From positions 94,199 through 158,198 of the forward strand of contig CAMTWV010000002.1 in NCBI GenBank assembly GCA_947085535.1: 64,000 bases of DNA. Reading direction: 5' to 3'. Of this stretch, positions 18,445-28,522 are shown piece after piece; positions within the stretch are counted from its first letter, which is position 1, and the number at the start of each line of letters is the position of its first letter. Source of the stretch: an uncultured Actinomycetes bacterium. GTDB lineage: Bacteria; Actinomycetota; Aquicultoria; Subteraquimicrobiales; CAMTWV01. The translations under genes were made by a program, and so were the position numbers. Under the pieces are notes generated by a model. It did no database searches. It saw only the letters and a program-made list of their open reading frames with translations, and was not told the origin of the DNA.

Positions 18445-20253
18445 TTAAACGCGCGGTTTTTCAATAATTTTATATGTTTCTATGATGTCTCCCTCTTTTA
18501 CATCATTGAAATTTTCAAGTCCAATGCCACATTCGAAACCAGATTTAACCACAGAGACATCTTCTTTAAATCGTCTTAGTGAGTGAATTAAGCCGTCGTA
18601 AACAACCACGCCATCTCGAATAAGTCTTGCTTTAGCGTCTAAATTAATTTCTCCATCCTGCACAAAAGTACCTGCAATAGTTCCTACTTTAGTGATTTTA
18701 AAAATAGCTCTAACTTCTGCTCGACCAAGGAGAATCTCCTCGTATTCAGGTTTTAACAAACCAATGCGAGCGGCGTTTATATCCTCAATAACTTGATAAA
18801 TTACCCGATAAGTTCGTATGTCAACTTTTTCTTTTCGAGCAAGCTCTCGGGCTTTTGGAGCAGGGCGAACATTGAAACCGATAATTATTGCGTTTGAAGC
18901 TGCCGCGAGCATAACATCAGTTTCACTGATTGCTCCAGCACCCTGATGGATAATGTTAATTTTTACTTCGGACTGGTCTAACTTGTTAAAAGAATCTCTT
19001 AAAGCCTCTACGGAACCTTGCACATCGGCTTTAATAATAAGATTTAACTCTTGAAGTTCGCCTTCTTGAATTTTCTGGAATAAGTCTTCCAGGCTTAATT
19101 TTTTCTCCCTTCCTCCTTCAATGATTCTAAGTTTTAAGGCACGTTCTTCGGCTTTCTGTCGGGCAACTTTTTCATCGGCGACTACCTTGATTTCATCGCC
19201 TGCATGTGGAACAGATGAAAAACCAATCACTTCTACAGGCATTGATGGGGTAGCTTCCTCCACAGGGTTTCCCTGGTCATTAGTGAGAGCGCGGACTTTA
19301 CCGTTAACTACACCACTAATTATGGAGTCACCAACTTTGAGTGTTCCTTGCTGTATAAGTACTGTAGCGACAGGTCCCCTTCCTTTGTCCAACTTCGCTT
19401 CAATGACAAATCCTTTAGTTGTGGCTTTGCAGCTTGCTTTTAGTTCCTGTAATTCGGCAGTGATTAAAATCATTTCAAGGAGATCATCGATATTAGTACC
19501 AAGTTTGGCTGAGATTTCCACAAAGATGGTGTCTCCTCCCCATTCCTCAGAAACGAGACCATATTCAGTTAGTTGTTGTTTTATTTTTTCCGGGTTAGCT
19601 TCGGGCTTGTCTATTTTATTGATAGCGACAATTATTGGTACTTTTGCGGCGTGAGCATGGTCAATGGCTTCTATTGTTTGAGGCATGACTCCATCGTCAG
19701 CGGCAACAACTAAAACAGCTATATCAGTAACTTTAGCACCGCGAGCTCGCATGGCTGTGAAAGCTTCATGGCCAGGTGTATCAATGAAGGTTATTTTTTT
19801 ATTATTTTTGATAACCTGATAAGCACCAATGTGCTGAGTAATTCCACCTGCTTCGGAAGCAATGACATTTGTTTTCCGAATTCCATCTAAAAGCGAAGTT
19901 TTTCCATGGTCAACGTGACCCATAACGGTAACAACAGGAGGCCGAGGCTCTAAATCTTCCAAAGTTTCTTTAACCTCGGGTGCTGTTTCTTCTACCGGGG
20001 AAACTATTTTTAATTCATAACCTAATTCTTCAGCCAGAACATTGATTGCCTCGTTGCTTAACGGCTGATTTATGGTAACCATTTCGCCTAAAGAAATTAG
20101 CCTTTTTATTATGTCACTCGGGTTCTTTTTAACAAGTTCAGCAAAATCTTTAACTGTGGCGCCTTCTGTAACAACTAATTCACCCAAGGACTTAGGATCA
20201 TCGAGTTTATGTTTATCTTCATTTTCGCTGTCGCTAACAATCTTTTTAACCAT
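18445..20253 (-). CDS. infB: Translation initiation factor IF-2 (short form lacking the long N-terminal region).
   Basis: G-domain [21 protein letters not shown]. 602 aa. Confidence 0.95.
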   Translation of the reverse strand: MVKKIVSDSENEDKHKLDDPKSLGELVVTEGATVKDFAELVKKNPSDIIKRLISLGEMVTINQPLSNEAINVLAEELGYELKIVSPVEETAPEVKETLEDLEPRPPVVTVMGHVDHGKTSLLDGIRKTNVIASEAGGITQHIGAYQVIKNNKKITFIDTPGHEAFTAMRARGAKVTDIAVLVVAADDGVMPQTIEAIDHAHAAKVPIIVAINKIDKPEANPEKIKQQLTEYGLVSEEWGGDTIFVEISAKLGTNIDDLLEMILITAELQELKASCKATTKGFVIEAKLDKGRGPVATVLIQQGTLKVGDSIISGVVNGKVRALTNDQGNPVEEATPSMPVEVIGFSSVPHAGDEIKVVADEKVARQKAEERALKLRIIEGGREKKLSLEDLFQKIQEGELQELNLIIKADVQGSVEALRDSFNKLDQSEVKINIIHQGAGAISETDVMLAAASNAIIIGFNVRPAPKARELARKEKVDIRTYRVIYQVIEDINAARIGLLKPEYEEILLGRAEVRAIFKITKVGTIAGTFVQDGEINLDAKARLIRDGVVVYDGLIHSLRRFKEDVSVVKSGFECGIGLENFNDVKEGDIIETYKIIEKPRV

Positions 20254-20536
20254 TTTCCATCTTCCCGGAAGATAAGATTTTTACTGCTTCTAATTCTAAC
20301 TCTTTTATTTTTTCTAGAGTTAACTTAGATTTTAGCGAATACCCCAATCTTCCTTCCTTAATAGCTTTAGCTAAACATTCTTTGTTGTAGCAAATATACA
20401 CCCCACGGCCATTTAGTTTGCCTGTGGTGTCAACCTTAATTTCGTCTGATGGTGTTCGAACAACCCTTAAAAGCTCTTTTTTAGATTTAACTGCTTTACA
20501 ACCAACGCAAGTTCTTAAAGAAATCTTCTTAGGCAT
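20246..20536 (-). CDS. ylxR: YlxR-family (DUF448) RNA-binding protein.
   Basis: CVGCK cysteine pair and RGVYIC motif. Sits between nusA and infB. Confidence 0.8.
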   Translation of the reverse strand: MPKKISLRTCVGCKAVKSKKELLRVVRTPSDEIKVDTTGKLNGRGVYICYNKECLAKAIKEGRLGYSLKSKLTLEKIKELELEAVKILSSGKMENG

Positions 20537-21650
20537 TTGATTCCTTATCTTCTAAATTTTTGTGTCTTCCGCAATATTTGCTCCCTGGTTTGGCTTTTGC
20601 TTTGCATTGCCCGCCGCTTGAAGTAATTGCCTGGCATTGCTCAGAAGAAGTTTCGGTTTTAACCTCAATCTCAACCTCTTTTACTTGAGATTCACTTTTA
20701 ATATCGATTCGCAAACCAGTTAGTTTAGCTGCTAATCTTGCATTTTGGCCTTCTTTTCCTATGGCTAAAGAGAGCTGGTTATCAGGAACAATCACAAAGG
20801 CACCATGCTCTTTCTCGTTTATTTTTACTTCTTTAACTTTAGCTGGACTTAATGAGTTAGCCACAAAGATGGGAGCGTTTTCGTTCCATTCAATAATATC
20901 AATTTTTTCGCCTCTCAGCTCACTTGTGATCATGCGAACGCGAGAACCTTTAGGTCCGACGCATGCACCTATGGGGTCGATGCTTGGGTCGCGAGAAAAT
21001 ACAGCAACTTTTGAACGATGACCAGCTTCGCGAGCAATGGCTTTAATTTCGACAAAGCCATTGTAGATTTCAGGAACTTCAAGCTCAAAAAGCCTCATTA
21101 GAAGACCCGGATGAGTTCTTGATAGAACAATCTGGGGCTCTTTAGTTGTTTTTCTTACCTCAACAATATAAGCCTTTATTCGTGTTCCGTGTTCATATTT
21201 TTCTGTTGGAATTTGTTCAGTTGGGGGCAATAAGGCTTCGACGCGACCTAAATCCACAAGGGTATAACGTTGGTCGCTTTGTTCAATGATGCCTGTTACA
21301 ACCTCGCCTTCCCTATCAATGTATTCTTCATACATTTGTTTGCGCTCGGCTTCTTTAATTTTTTGCAAAATTACTTGTTTAGCAGTCTGCGTGGCGATTC
21401 GTCCAAAACTTTCAGAAGTTACTTCAATTTCAGTAATTTTTTCTTTGCCGTTTTCTTCAATTATTTGCTGAGAAAACACCCTAATCTCTCCTGTTTCTGG
21501 ATTGATGTCAACGCGAACATCTGCCTCTGTTCTATGGTCTCTTTTGTAGGCAGCAGCCAAGGCGGCTTTAAGGGTTTCTAAAACAATTTCCCGACTAATT
21601 CGTTTTTCAGTTTCTAATTGTTTTAAGGCATCAATGAGTCTTGGGATCAT
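20529..21650 (-). CDS. nusA: Transcription termination/antitermination factor NusA (with a Cys-rich C-terminal tail).
   Basis: S1 plus two KH domains. 373 aa. Confidence 0.93.
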   Translation of the reverse strand: MIPRLIDALKQLETEKRISREIVLETLKAALAAAYKRDHRTEADVRVDINPETGEIRVFSQQIIEENGKEKITEIEVTSESFGRIATQTAKQVILQKIKEAERKQMYEEYIDREGEVVTGIIEQSDQRYTLVDLGRVEALLPPTEQIPTEKYEHGTRIKAYIVEVRKTTKEPQIVLSRTHPGLLMRLFELEVPEIYNGFVEIKAIAREAGHRSKVAVFSRDPSIDPIGACVGPKGSRVRMITSELRGEKIDIIEWNENAPIFVANSLSPAKVKEVKINEKEHGAFVIVPDNQLSLAIGKEGQNARLAAKLTGLRIDIKSESQVKEVEIEVKTETSSEQCQAITSSGGQCKAKAKPGSKYCGRHKNLEDKESNA

Positions 21651-21668
21651 TTTGGCTTTAGTCTCCTT

Positions 21669-22139
21669 TCAAAACTCAATATCCACTTTAAGGTGAGCTT
21701 TTAAAACAAGCTCATAAGGGATTTCATACAAGTTTTTATCACAATCAATAATAAATGCCTGGTTTCCACTGGCTTTTACAGTTCCTGTAAATTGCCGTCT
21801 TTTGTTTATAGGCTCAGCTGTTTTGACAAATATTTTAGAACCAACAAACCGTCTAAAGTCCTCTGGTTTGGTCAACGGCCTTTCGATTCCAGGCGAAGAA
21901 ACCTCTAAGTTATATGGCTCGTTAATTAAGTTATGAATATCGAGCAAAGGACTAATTATTTTACTTGCCCGACAACATACATCAAGGTTAACACCGCCTT
22001 CTCTGTCAATAAATAAACGCAAAACAAGTCCTCCCTGTGGCTCTCTTTTTAATTCGATATGTACAAGCTCGAGTGCTTCTTCGTTTAGCACAGGCGTGAT
22101 TATCTCTGTAATTTTTTCTAATATTTCCTCGTTTTTCAT
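21669..22139 (-). CDS. rimP: Ribosome maturation factor RimP.
   Basis: 156 aa, directly upstream of nusA. Confidence 0.88.
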   Translation of the reverse strand: MKNEEILEKITEIITPVLNEEALELVHIELKREPQGGLVLRLFIDREGGVNLDVCCRASKIISPLLDIHNLINEPYNLEVSSPGIERPLTKPEDFRRFVGSKIFVKTAEPINKRRQFTGTVKASGNQAFIIDCDKNLYEIPYELVLKAHLKVDIEF

Positions 22140-22152
22140 CTTACCTAACTAA

Positions 22153-22178
22153 TGAAAAGAGTGGGTTTAAGCCCACTC
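22153..22178 (-). terminator. Terminator- or attenuator-like hairpin: 8-bp perfect stem agagtggg/cccactct with a 6-nt loop, followed by TTTT on the minus strand.
   Basis: Inverted repeat read directly. The U-tract is only on the minus strand. Lies 14 nt upstream of the rimP start, between the GT2/proS unit and rimP-nusA-infB. Confidence 0.4.
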
Positions 22179-22251
22179 TAAGTCGAGTTTAAATTTCATA
22201 TTTAATTTAACATAATTAAGGCAATTGTGCAAACAGGAACGAGTTCTAAAG

Positions 22252-22947
22252 TTATTTTGTTTTAAACAGATGGGAAAATATTTCTTTGTACATTTTGAGA
22301 CGATAAACAAATCCGTGCGGATAGCCCAACTTTTCCTCTTTCATAACGTGGGTTAAATTTTTCAAGAGTACTTCTTTTAATCTGGTTTTCTTAGTTTTTG
22401 CATGTTGGGTAAAGATTATTTCTACTGCAAAACCAGAAGAGGCAAAATCCGGGATATCCCGGACAAAATTTCGTCTGAAAGCTCTTTGTCCTGATATAAA
22501 AGGAACCATTTTTTGGGAAAGGTCGGTGCAGATTCTACCCCCTGAGAATTTACCCACTGTCATCATAAGTTTTGGGTCTTGAATTAAAGGGTCGACTAAA
22601 CTTTTAAGGTGATTGACGGTTAATCCAACAAGGTCTGCGTCAATAAAGGCAATAATATCTCCTTTAGCAGAATCGAGCCCGTCTTTTAAAGCCGCGCCTT
22701 TTCCACCGTTTTTTTCGCGGTTTATTAGTTTTACTGCAGGGTAGGTTTTTACTATTTCGGCTGTCTTATCTGTGGAACCATCGTTGACAACAATTATTTC
22801 ATCGATGAATGATGCCTTGCTGACAGTATCAAGAACTGGCTTTACATGATTTTCTTCATTGTAAGCAGGTATAATAACAGAGATTTCTGGCAAATCTTTC
22901 TTGTTAGTAAGACCTGGCAAAGTAAACCCTCTCCCCTTCTTTTTCAC
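22252..22947 (-). CDS. Family-2 glycosyltransferase (polyprenyl-phosphate glycosyltransferase-like). Likely real start is the TTG at 22920 (GGGGAGAGGG SD).
   Basis: GT-A fold motifs: ISVIIPAYNE, DGSTD, DAD. Overlaps the proS 3' end by 44 nt as called (about 14 nt from the TTG). Confidence 0.75.
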   Translation of the reverse strand: MKKKGRGFTLPGLTNKKDLPEISVIIPAYNEENHVKPVLDTVSKASFIDEIIVVNDGSTDKTAEIVKTYPAVKLINREKNGGKGAALKDGLDSAKGDIIAFIDADLVGLTVNHLKSLVDPLIQDPKLMMTVGKFSGGRICTDLSQKMVPFISGQRAFRRNFVRDIPDFASSGFAVEIIFTQHAKTKKTRLKEVLLKNLTHVMKEEKLGYPHGFVYRLKMYKEIFSHLFKTK

Positions 22948-24346
22948 ACACTACGCATTTGCCTGTGCCCTCTTTTGTGAGGGGTATGAAGCGTATAGTT
23001 GCCATAGTTTTCTCTTTAACATGAGCTTCGCAATCAGGGTTTCCACACCAGAAAGCACGGACAAATCCTTTTTTATTTGAAATGATGTTTTCTAACCCTT
23101 TAAGATTTTTCGCATCAGAAGTAAGTTCTTCCCTGAACCTCAAAGCTTTATTAAATAAATCTTTTTGGATTTCACCAAGGAGTTCTCTTACTCGTCCCGG
23201 GGCGTCCTCAAATGAAACAAACTCTTTGACTCGATTGTCTCTTCTAAATAAAACTACCTGATTTTTTTTAATGTCTTTAGGTCCAATTTCTAATCGTAAA
23301 GGTACCCCTTTAAGCTCCCATTCGTTAAATTTCCAGCCAGGGGTATACTCCTTTCGGTCATCGATTTCTACTCTTATGTCAGGAAACATTTCCTTAAGTT
23401 CGCTTAATTTAGCCGAAACGATTTCTTCATTTTCTTTCTTGCCAAAAATTGGAATAATGACTAATTGAGTCGGGGCAATTTTTGGGGGAAAAACAAGCCC
23501 AAAATCATCGCCGTGAACCATAATAACAGCGCCAATCAAACGGGTAGATACTCCCCAACTGGTTTGCCAGACATATTTTCTTTCGCCGTCCATGTCCTGA
23601 AAAGTGATATTAAACACTCGGGCGAAATGTTGACCGAGATTGTGAGAAGTACCAGCTTGAAGTGCTTTTCCGTCGCCCATTAAAGCTTCCAGGGTATAAG
23701 TTCTAAGTGCGCCAGCAAATTTTTCTTTTTCTGTTTTTTGTCCAATATAAACCGGTATAGCCAATTCGGTTTCAGCAAAGTCTTTATAGACATTGAGCAT
23801 TTTTAAAGTTTCTTCCTCTGCCTCTTCTTCAGTTCGGTGAGCTGTGTGTCCTTCTTGCCATAAAAATTCGGTTGTTCTTAAAAAAAGTCGAGTTACTTTC
23901 TCCCAGCGAACCACATTTGCCCATTGATTAATTAAGACAGGCAAGTCTCGCCAGGAATCAATCCACTTAGCATACATACTGCAAATAATTGCCTCCGATG
24001 TCGGCCTTATAGCTAATTTTTCTTCTAATTTTTCTCGGCCCGCATGAGTTACCCAGGCAACTTCTGGGGCAAATCCTTCCACATGCTCGGCTTCTTTCTC
24101 TAAAAGGCTTTCAGGAACGAAAATGGGGAAATAAGCATTCTTATGGCCTGTTTCTTTTATGCGTTTACCCAACAAAACTTGCATGTTTTCCCAGAGTGCA
24201 TAGCCAAAAGGACGAATAACCATACAACCTTTAATGGGAGCGTAATCTGCAAGCTGTGCTTTGGTAATTACATCTGTATACCAGCGAGAGTAATCCTCGC
24301 TTTTGTCAACAATGGCTTCAACAAACTTACTCTCCTCTTTTGTCAT
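22904..24346 (-). CDS. proS: Proline--tRNA ligase (archaeal/eukaryote-like class II type).
   Basis: 480 aa, class II motifs, C-terminal zinc-binding-like domain. Confidence 0.93.
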   Translation of the reverse strand: MTKEESKFVEAIVDKSEDYSRWYTDVITKAQLADYAPIKGCMVIRPFGYALWENMQVLLGKRIKETGHKNAYFPIFVPESLLEKEAEHVEGFAPEVAWVTHAGREKLEEKLAIRPTSEAIICSMYAKWIDSWRDLPVLINQWANVVRWEKVTRLFLRTTEFLWQEGHTAHRTEEEAEEETLKMLNVYKDFAETELAIPVYIGQKTEKEKFAGALRTYTLEALMGDGKALQAGTSHNLGQHFARVFNITFQDMDGERKYVWQTSWGVSTRLIGAVIMVHGDDFGLVFPPKIAPTQLVIIPIFGKKENEEIVSAKLSELKEMFPDIRVEIDDRKEYTPGWKFNEWELKGVPLRLEIGPKDIKKNQVVLFRRDNRVKEFVSFEDAPGRVRELLGEIQKDLFNKALRFREELTSDAKNLKGLENIISNKKGFVRAFWCGNPDCEAHVKEKTMATIRFIPLTKEGTGKCVVCEKEGERVYFARSY

Positions 24347-24350
24347 ATCT

Positions 24351-25403
24351 TCACCTCTTTGCCACTTTTTCTATTTCAGCTAAAAGTGCTTTTATTAGCT
24401 CTTTTTCAGGCACTTTTTTAATGGCTTTTCCTCGGGCAAAAAGTACCCCGCTCCCTTTTCCGCAAGCTATTCCTATATCAGCTTCTCGTGCTTCGCCAGG
24501 TCCATTAACAATACAGCCCATAACAGCAACAGTTATAGGTGAATTATACCTTAAAAGTGCCCGTTCGACTTCTTCGGCAATCGGAATTAAATTTACTTCA
24601 CACCGACCACAGGTAGGACAAGAAATAAGAATAGGTCCCTTTATTAAATTAAGAGTTTTTAAAATTTCTTTGGCAACCAGTACTTCATTAATTGGATTAG
24701 CGGTTAGAGAAACACGAATTGTATCGCCAATTCCTTCGTAAAGCAGCATACCCAGACCAATTGCTGATTTTACTGTGCCTGAGGTAATTGTTCCAGCTTC
24801 AGTTATTCCTAAATGTAATGGGTAGTCTATTTTCTTAGCTATTGAACGGTAAGCTTTAATGGTAGTTAAAACCGATGAGGATTTAACGGAAATAACTAAA
24901 TCATAAAAGTTCAATTTTTCGCAAAAATCAATATATTCAAGTGCGCTTTCAACTAAAGCTTGAGCGAGATTTTCTTCTCTTTTTGCCCCGTATTTTTTAT
25001 GAAGAGAACCAGCGTTTACCCCGATTCTTACGGGTATCTTTTTTTCTCTGGCTTTTTCAATAATAGCTGCTACTTTAGCTTCATTCCCGATATTACCCGG
25101 ATTAATTCGTATTTTGTCAGCCCCGGCTTCAATCGCAGCAATAGCTAAACGCCAGTCAAAATGTATATCGGCAACAATTGGGATTTTTATTCTCTTTTTA
25201 ATTTCAGAAATAGCTAAGGCGGACTCTCTATCCGGAACAGCCACTCTAATTATTTCGCAACCTGCCTGCTCAAGTTCTTTTATTTGAGCTGCTGTTGCTT
25301 GAACATCAGAGGTTTTTGTGGTTGTCATGGACTGTATGGATATTGGGGCGTTATCGCCAATTGTAAGAGTGCCAACTTTTATTTCTTTTGAAAAGCGACG
25401 CAT
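24351..25403 (-). CDS. ispG: 4-hydroxy-3-methylbut-2-enyl diphosphate synthase.
   Basis: TIM-barrel N-domain plus C-terminal 4Fe-4S domain (CPTCGRC). 350 aa. Confidence 0.92.
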   Translation of the reverse strand: MRRFSKEIKVGTLTIGDNAPISIQSMTTTKTSDVQATAAQIKELEQAGCEIIRVAVPDRESALAISEIKKRIKIPIVADIHFDWRLAIAAIEAGADKIRINPGNIGNEAKVAAIIEKAREKKIPVRIGVNAGSLHKKYGAKREENLAQALVESALEYIDFCEKLNFYDLVISVKSSSVLTTIKAYRSIAKKIDYPLHLGITEAGTITSGTVKSAIGLGMLLYEGIGDTIRVSLTANPINEVLVAKEILKTLNLIKGPILISCPTCGRCEVNLIPIAEEVERALLRYNSPITVAVMGCIVNGPGEAREADIGIACGKGSGVLFARGKAIKKVPEKELIKALLAEIEKVAKR

Positions 25404-25416
25404 TTTTCTTTCCTCG

Positions 25417-26448
25417 TTACCAGCCAGGTGAAACTTGGGGAAGTAATCTCATAATATCTGAAAATATGACATAAAGCATTAAAATTAGTAGAAGAGTCAT
25501 ACCAACAGCCTGAATGATTGCCAATTTTGATGCGTCTACAGGTTTTTTTCTTATTTTTTCGGCTAAAAATATCAAGACTATTCCTCCGTCGAGAGGCGGT
25601 ATGGGGATTAAGTTGACAATAGTTAAGTTTAAGCTGATTATCGATAAAAACATGAGAAAATCAAGAAAACTTTCTCTCGCAACCTGTGTTGCTTCTGAAA
25701 CGATTCCTATGGGTGAACGGGCTTCTTTGAAAAATGTGTCAAGTTGTTGTGTGATGAGTTTGTAAAATAATTTAAGCATTTCCTTAAAAACGGCAAATGT
25801 CCACGTTACTCCCTCTTTAATTGAACCAACTAGCCCCAAACTTCTTGTTTCGAGTTTTGTTTCAACACCTAAAAATCCAATTGAATCCTTTTCAGCAAGT
25901 GTTGTTTTAAGCGCGACTCTTTTATCATTTCTTAAAACAACAAATTCAACTTCTTTATTTGGATTGGCTCGGATAATTTTAATAATTTCACTCCATTCTG
26001 AAACCTTAGCTCCGTTAATTTCAACTATTTTGTCTCCACTTTGAAAACCAACCTTTTCGGCAGGAAAACCTTGAAGAGTATGTTTAATAGTGTTTGTGGG
26101 GTAAGGAACACCGATTAAAAAAACAGTGGTGGCTAAAAATATTGGAAGAATAAAATTCATCAATGGTCCAGCTAAAATTACGGTAATTTTTTTCCAGATG
26201 GGCTGGAGTTCAAAAAGATGTTTAGAATTTTTGCTACCTTTGGAATCAGCGAATTTCACATAACCGCCAAGAAGAAGTGCTGTGACCCCATAAGTAGTCT
26301 CTTTTCTTTTGAATTTGAAAAGCTTAGGTCCTGGTAGCCCTAACATGAATTCGTTTACTTCAATTTTCATTAGTTTCGCGGCAATAAAATGGCCAAATTC
26401 GTGAACAAAAATTAAAAGCCCAATACCTATTATTGCTATGATGACCAT
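25417..26448 (-). CDS. rseP: RIP metalloprotease RseP (site-2 protease).
   Basis: HEFGHF zinc motif, PDZ domain and LDG motif. Confidence 0.9.
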   Translation of the reverse strand: MVIIAIIGIGLLIFVHEFGHFIAAKLMKIEVNEFMLGLPGPKLFKFKRKETTYGVTALLLGGYVKFADSKGSKNSKHLFELQPIWKKITVILAGPLMNFILPIFLATTVFLIGVPYPTNTIKHTLQGFPAEKVGFQSGDKIVEINGAKVSEWSEIIKIIRANPNKEVEFVVLRNDKRVALKTTLAEKDSIGFLGVETKLETRSLGLVGSIKEGVTWTFAVFKEMLKLFYKLITQQLDTFFKEARSPIGIVSEATQVARESFLDFLMFLSIISLNLTIVNLIPIPPLDGGIVLIFLAEKIRKKPVDASKLAIIQAVGMTLLLILMLYVIFSDIMRLLPQVSPGW

Positions 26449-26482
26449 TGATAACTCCTTTATTCAAACTTTGAATTTTGAC

Positions 26483-27643
26483 TTAATTTTTTGAAATGGT
26501 TTTGATTATTTCTTTTGCTTTATTCCTTGCCCAGTTTCCAGCTTCTTTCAATGTTACAATGTTTTTGACTTCGAGAGGAGTATGTGCATTAAGAGTTTTC
26601 TCAATAATTTTACTGATATCGGTAAAATTAATCTGGTTGTTTAAAAGAGCAGCAACTGCCTCTTCATTGCTCGCGTTAAGGACAGCAGGATAAGTTTTTC
26701 CTTCTTTTCCAGCTTGAAGAGCATATTTAAGACATGGAAAGGTTTCCAAATCAGGTTTTTCAAAGGTGAGATTAGCTATTTCAATAAAATCTAAGGGCGG
26801 CAAAGGCGAAGACAATCTTTCTGGATAAGAAAGCGCATACTGAATGGGAATACGCATATCTGTTTGTCCAAGGTGTGCCTTAATGGAACCGTCTTTGAAT
26901 TCAATCATTGAATGAATAATGCTTTGTGGATGAATAAGCACCTCTATTTTGTCGTAGTCGATACCAAAGAGAAAATGAGCCTCAATTACCTCCAAACCTT
27001 TATTCATCAGTGTGGCTGAGTCAATTGATATTTTCTTGCCCATTCTCCAGCGAGGATGCACAAGTGCTTCTTCGACTGTAACCTTTTTAAGTTCGTTATT
27101 TTTTTTGCCTCGAAAGGGTCCGCCTGAACCCGTGATAATTAAACGAGAAATATCTTCCTTTCTTTCTCCAATCAGGCACTGAAAAATAGCATTATGCTCA
27201 CTGTCAATGGGAATTATTTGTGCGTTTTTTGCTCGTGCAACCTTTATAACAATTTCTCCTCCGACCACCAAAGATTCTTTATTGGCTAAAGCAAGAACTT
27301 TGCCAGATTCAAGAGCAGCAATGGTTGCATCAAGTCCAATTGAACCGACTAAAGCATTAACAACCACATCATTTTCTTTAAGAGAGGAAAGTTCAACTAA
27401 TCCTTGCAAGCCAACAACGAGAGAAATTTTTTCAGGAATGATATCTCGAATTTTTTGAGCTGCTTCTAAATCTACAACACCAATAAATTTTGGTTTGAAT
27501 TGTTTTATCTGGCTTATCAAAAGTTCAATATTTTTATGAGTCGATAGGGCAATGACCTTAAATTTATCAGGATTTTGTGAAACTACTTCAAGAGTTTGTT
27601 TTCCTATCGAACCTGTTGAGCCAAGAATTGAAAAATTTTTCAC
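26483..27643 (-). CDS. dxr: 1-deoxy-D-xylulose 5-phosphate reductoisomerase.
   Basis: N-terminal GSTGSIG NADPH-binding motif. 386 aa. Confidence 0.93.
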   Translation of the reverse strand: MKNFSILGSTGSIGKQTLEVVSQNPDKFKVIALSTHKNIELLISQIKQFKPKFIGVVDLEAAQKIRDIIPEKISLVVGLQGLVELSSLKENDVVVNALVGSIGLDATIAALESGKVLALANKESLVVGGEIVIKVARAKNAQIIPIDSEHNAIFQCLIGERKEDISRLIITGSGGPFRGKKNNELKKVTVEEALVHPRWRMGKKISIDSATLMNKGLEVIEAHFLFGIDYDKIEVLIHPQSIIHSMIEFKDGSIKAHLGQTDMRIPIQYALSYPERLSSPLPPLDFIEIANLTFEKPDLETFPCLKYALQAGKEGKTYPAVLNASNEEAVAALLNNQINFTDISKIIEKTLNAHTPLEVKNIVTLKEAGNWARNKAKEIIKTISKN

Positions 27644-27649
27644 TCAAGC

Positions 27650-28522
27650 TCACCCGATTATGAGTTTAAGAATGTAATATGCGGCTGGCGCAGCGAACAA
27701 TAGACTATCAAATCTATCTAAAATACCACCGTGACCAGGCAGAATGAAACCTGTATCCTTAACTTTCATTTCGCGCTTAAGGCGCGATTCAGCCAGGTCG
27801 CCAACAGGCGCAGCGATGCCAAGAATAAACCCAACTAAAAATCCCCAGAGGATGCCTTTTAAAGAATGGAAGGGTTTTACCAGTAAAAAATAGAGAAGCC
27901 CTGAAATGAGCGCACTTGAAATGAGACCTGCCAATGTGCCTTCCCATGTTTTATTTGGGCTGATTGACGGCAAAAATTTCTTTTTTCCTTTCCAAATGCC
28001 ATAACCATAAGCAGCAGAATCAGAAATCCAAACGGTTATAAGAGTAATTAAGGCAAGTACAGCGCCATATTTTTCAATGCCTCTGATTAAAATGAGATGG
28101 CTAAGGAGAAAAGCCACATATAAATCGGCGTAGATGGTGATACCAAAATCAGACACGGTAAAAGTTTTTGGGGTAAATACTTCCCAGAAAAGCGAGAGAA
28201 AAATAGTTGTCAATAAAGCAGTAGCTAAACCTACGCCTCCTCCAACATAGGCGCCTGTGCAGAGAAGGATGCCGCTAAACATGCCGAAAAGTATGTTGGG
28301 ATTCATACCGCGGAAGCGGACCAGCGAATAAAATTCATCAAGACCAATTAAAACAATGGCGGTGATTAAAAGGTAAAAAGTAAAATGACTTAAAAATAAA
28401 AAGAACAGCATTAAAGGAACACCAATTACTGCTACCAGAATTCGCTGTTTTAACATTGTTTCGTTTTGCTTAAGTTCTTCAGTCAATAGCTCCAAACCGC
28501 CTTTTTCTTTGCTGAAATTCAT
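27650..28522 (-). CDS. cdsA: Phosphatidate cytidylyltransferase.
   Basis: Polytopic membrane protein with C-terminal CDS signature (GHGGILDRFDS). Confidence 0.9.
   Translation of the reverse strand: MNFSKEKGGLELLTEELKQNETMLKQRILVAVIGVPLMLFFLFLSHFTFYLLITAIVLIGLDEFYSLVRFRGMNPNILFGMFSGILLCTGAYVGGGVGLATALLTTIFLSLFWEVFTPKTFTVSDFGITIYADLYVAFLLSHLILIRGIEKYGAVLALITLITVWISDSAAYGYGIWKGKKKFLPSISPNKTWEGTLAGLISSALISGLLYFLLVKPFHSLKGILWGFLVGFILGIAAPVGDLAESRLKREMKVKDTGFILPGHGGILDRFDSLLFAAPAAYYILKLIIG

Noticed and set aside
19121-19654. 177-aa plus-strand ORF inside infB
   Set aside because: Antisense to the IF-2 G-domain. Ser/Thr-rich low-complexity translation. Shadow ORF.
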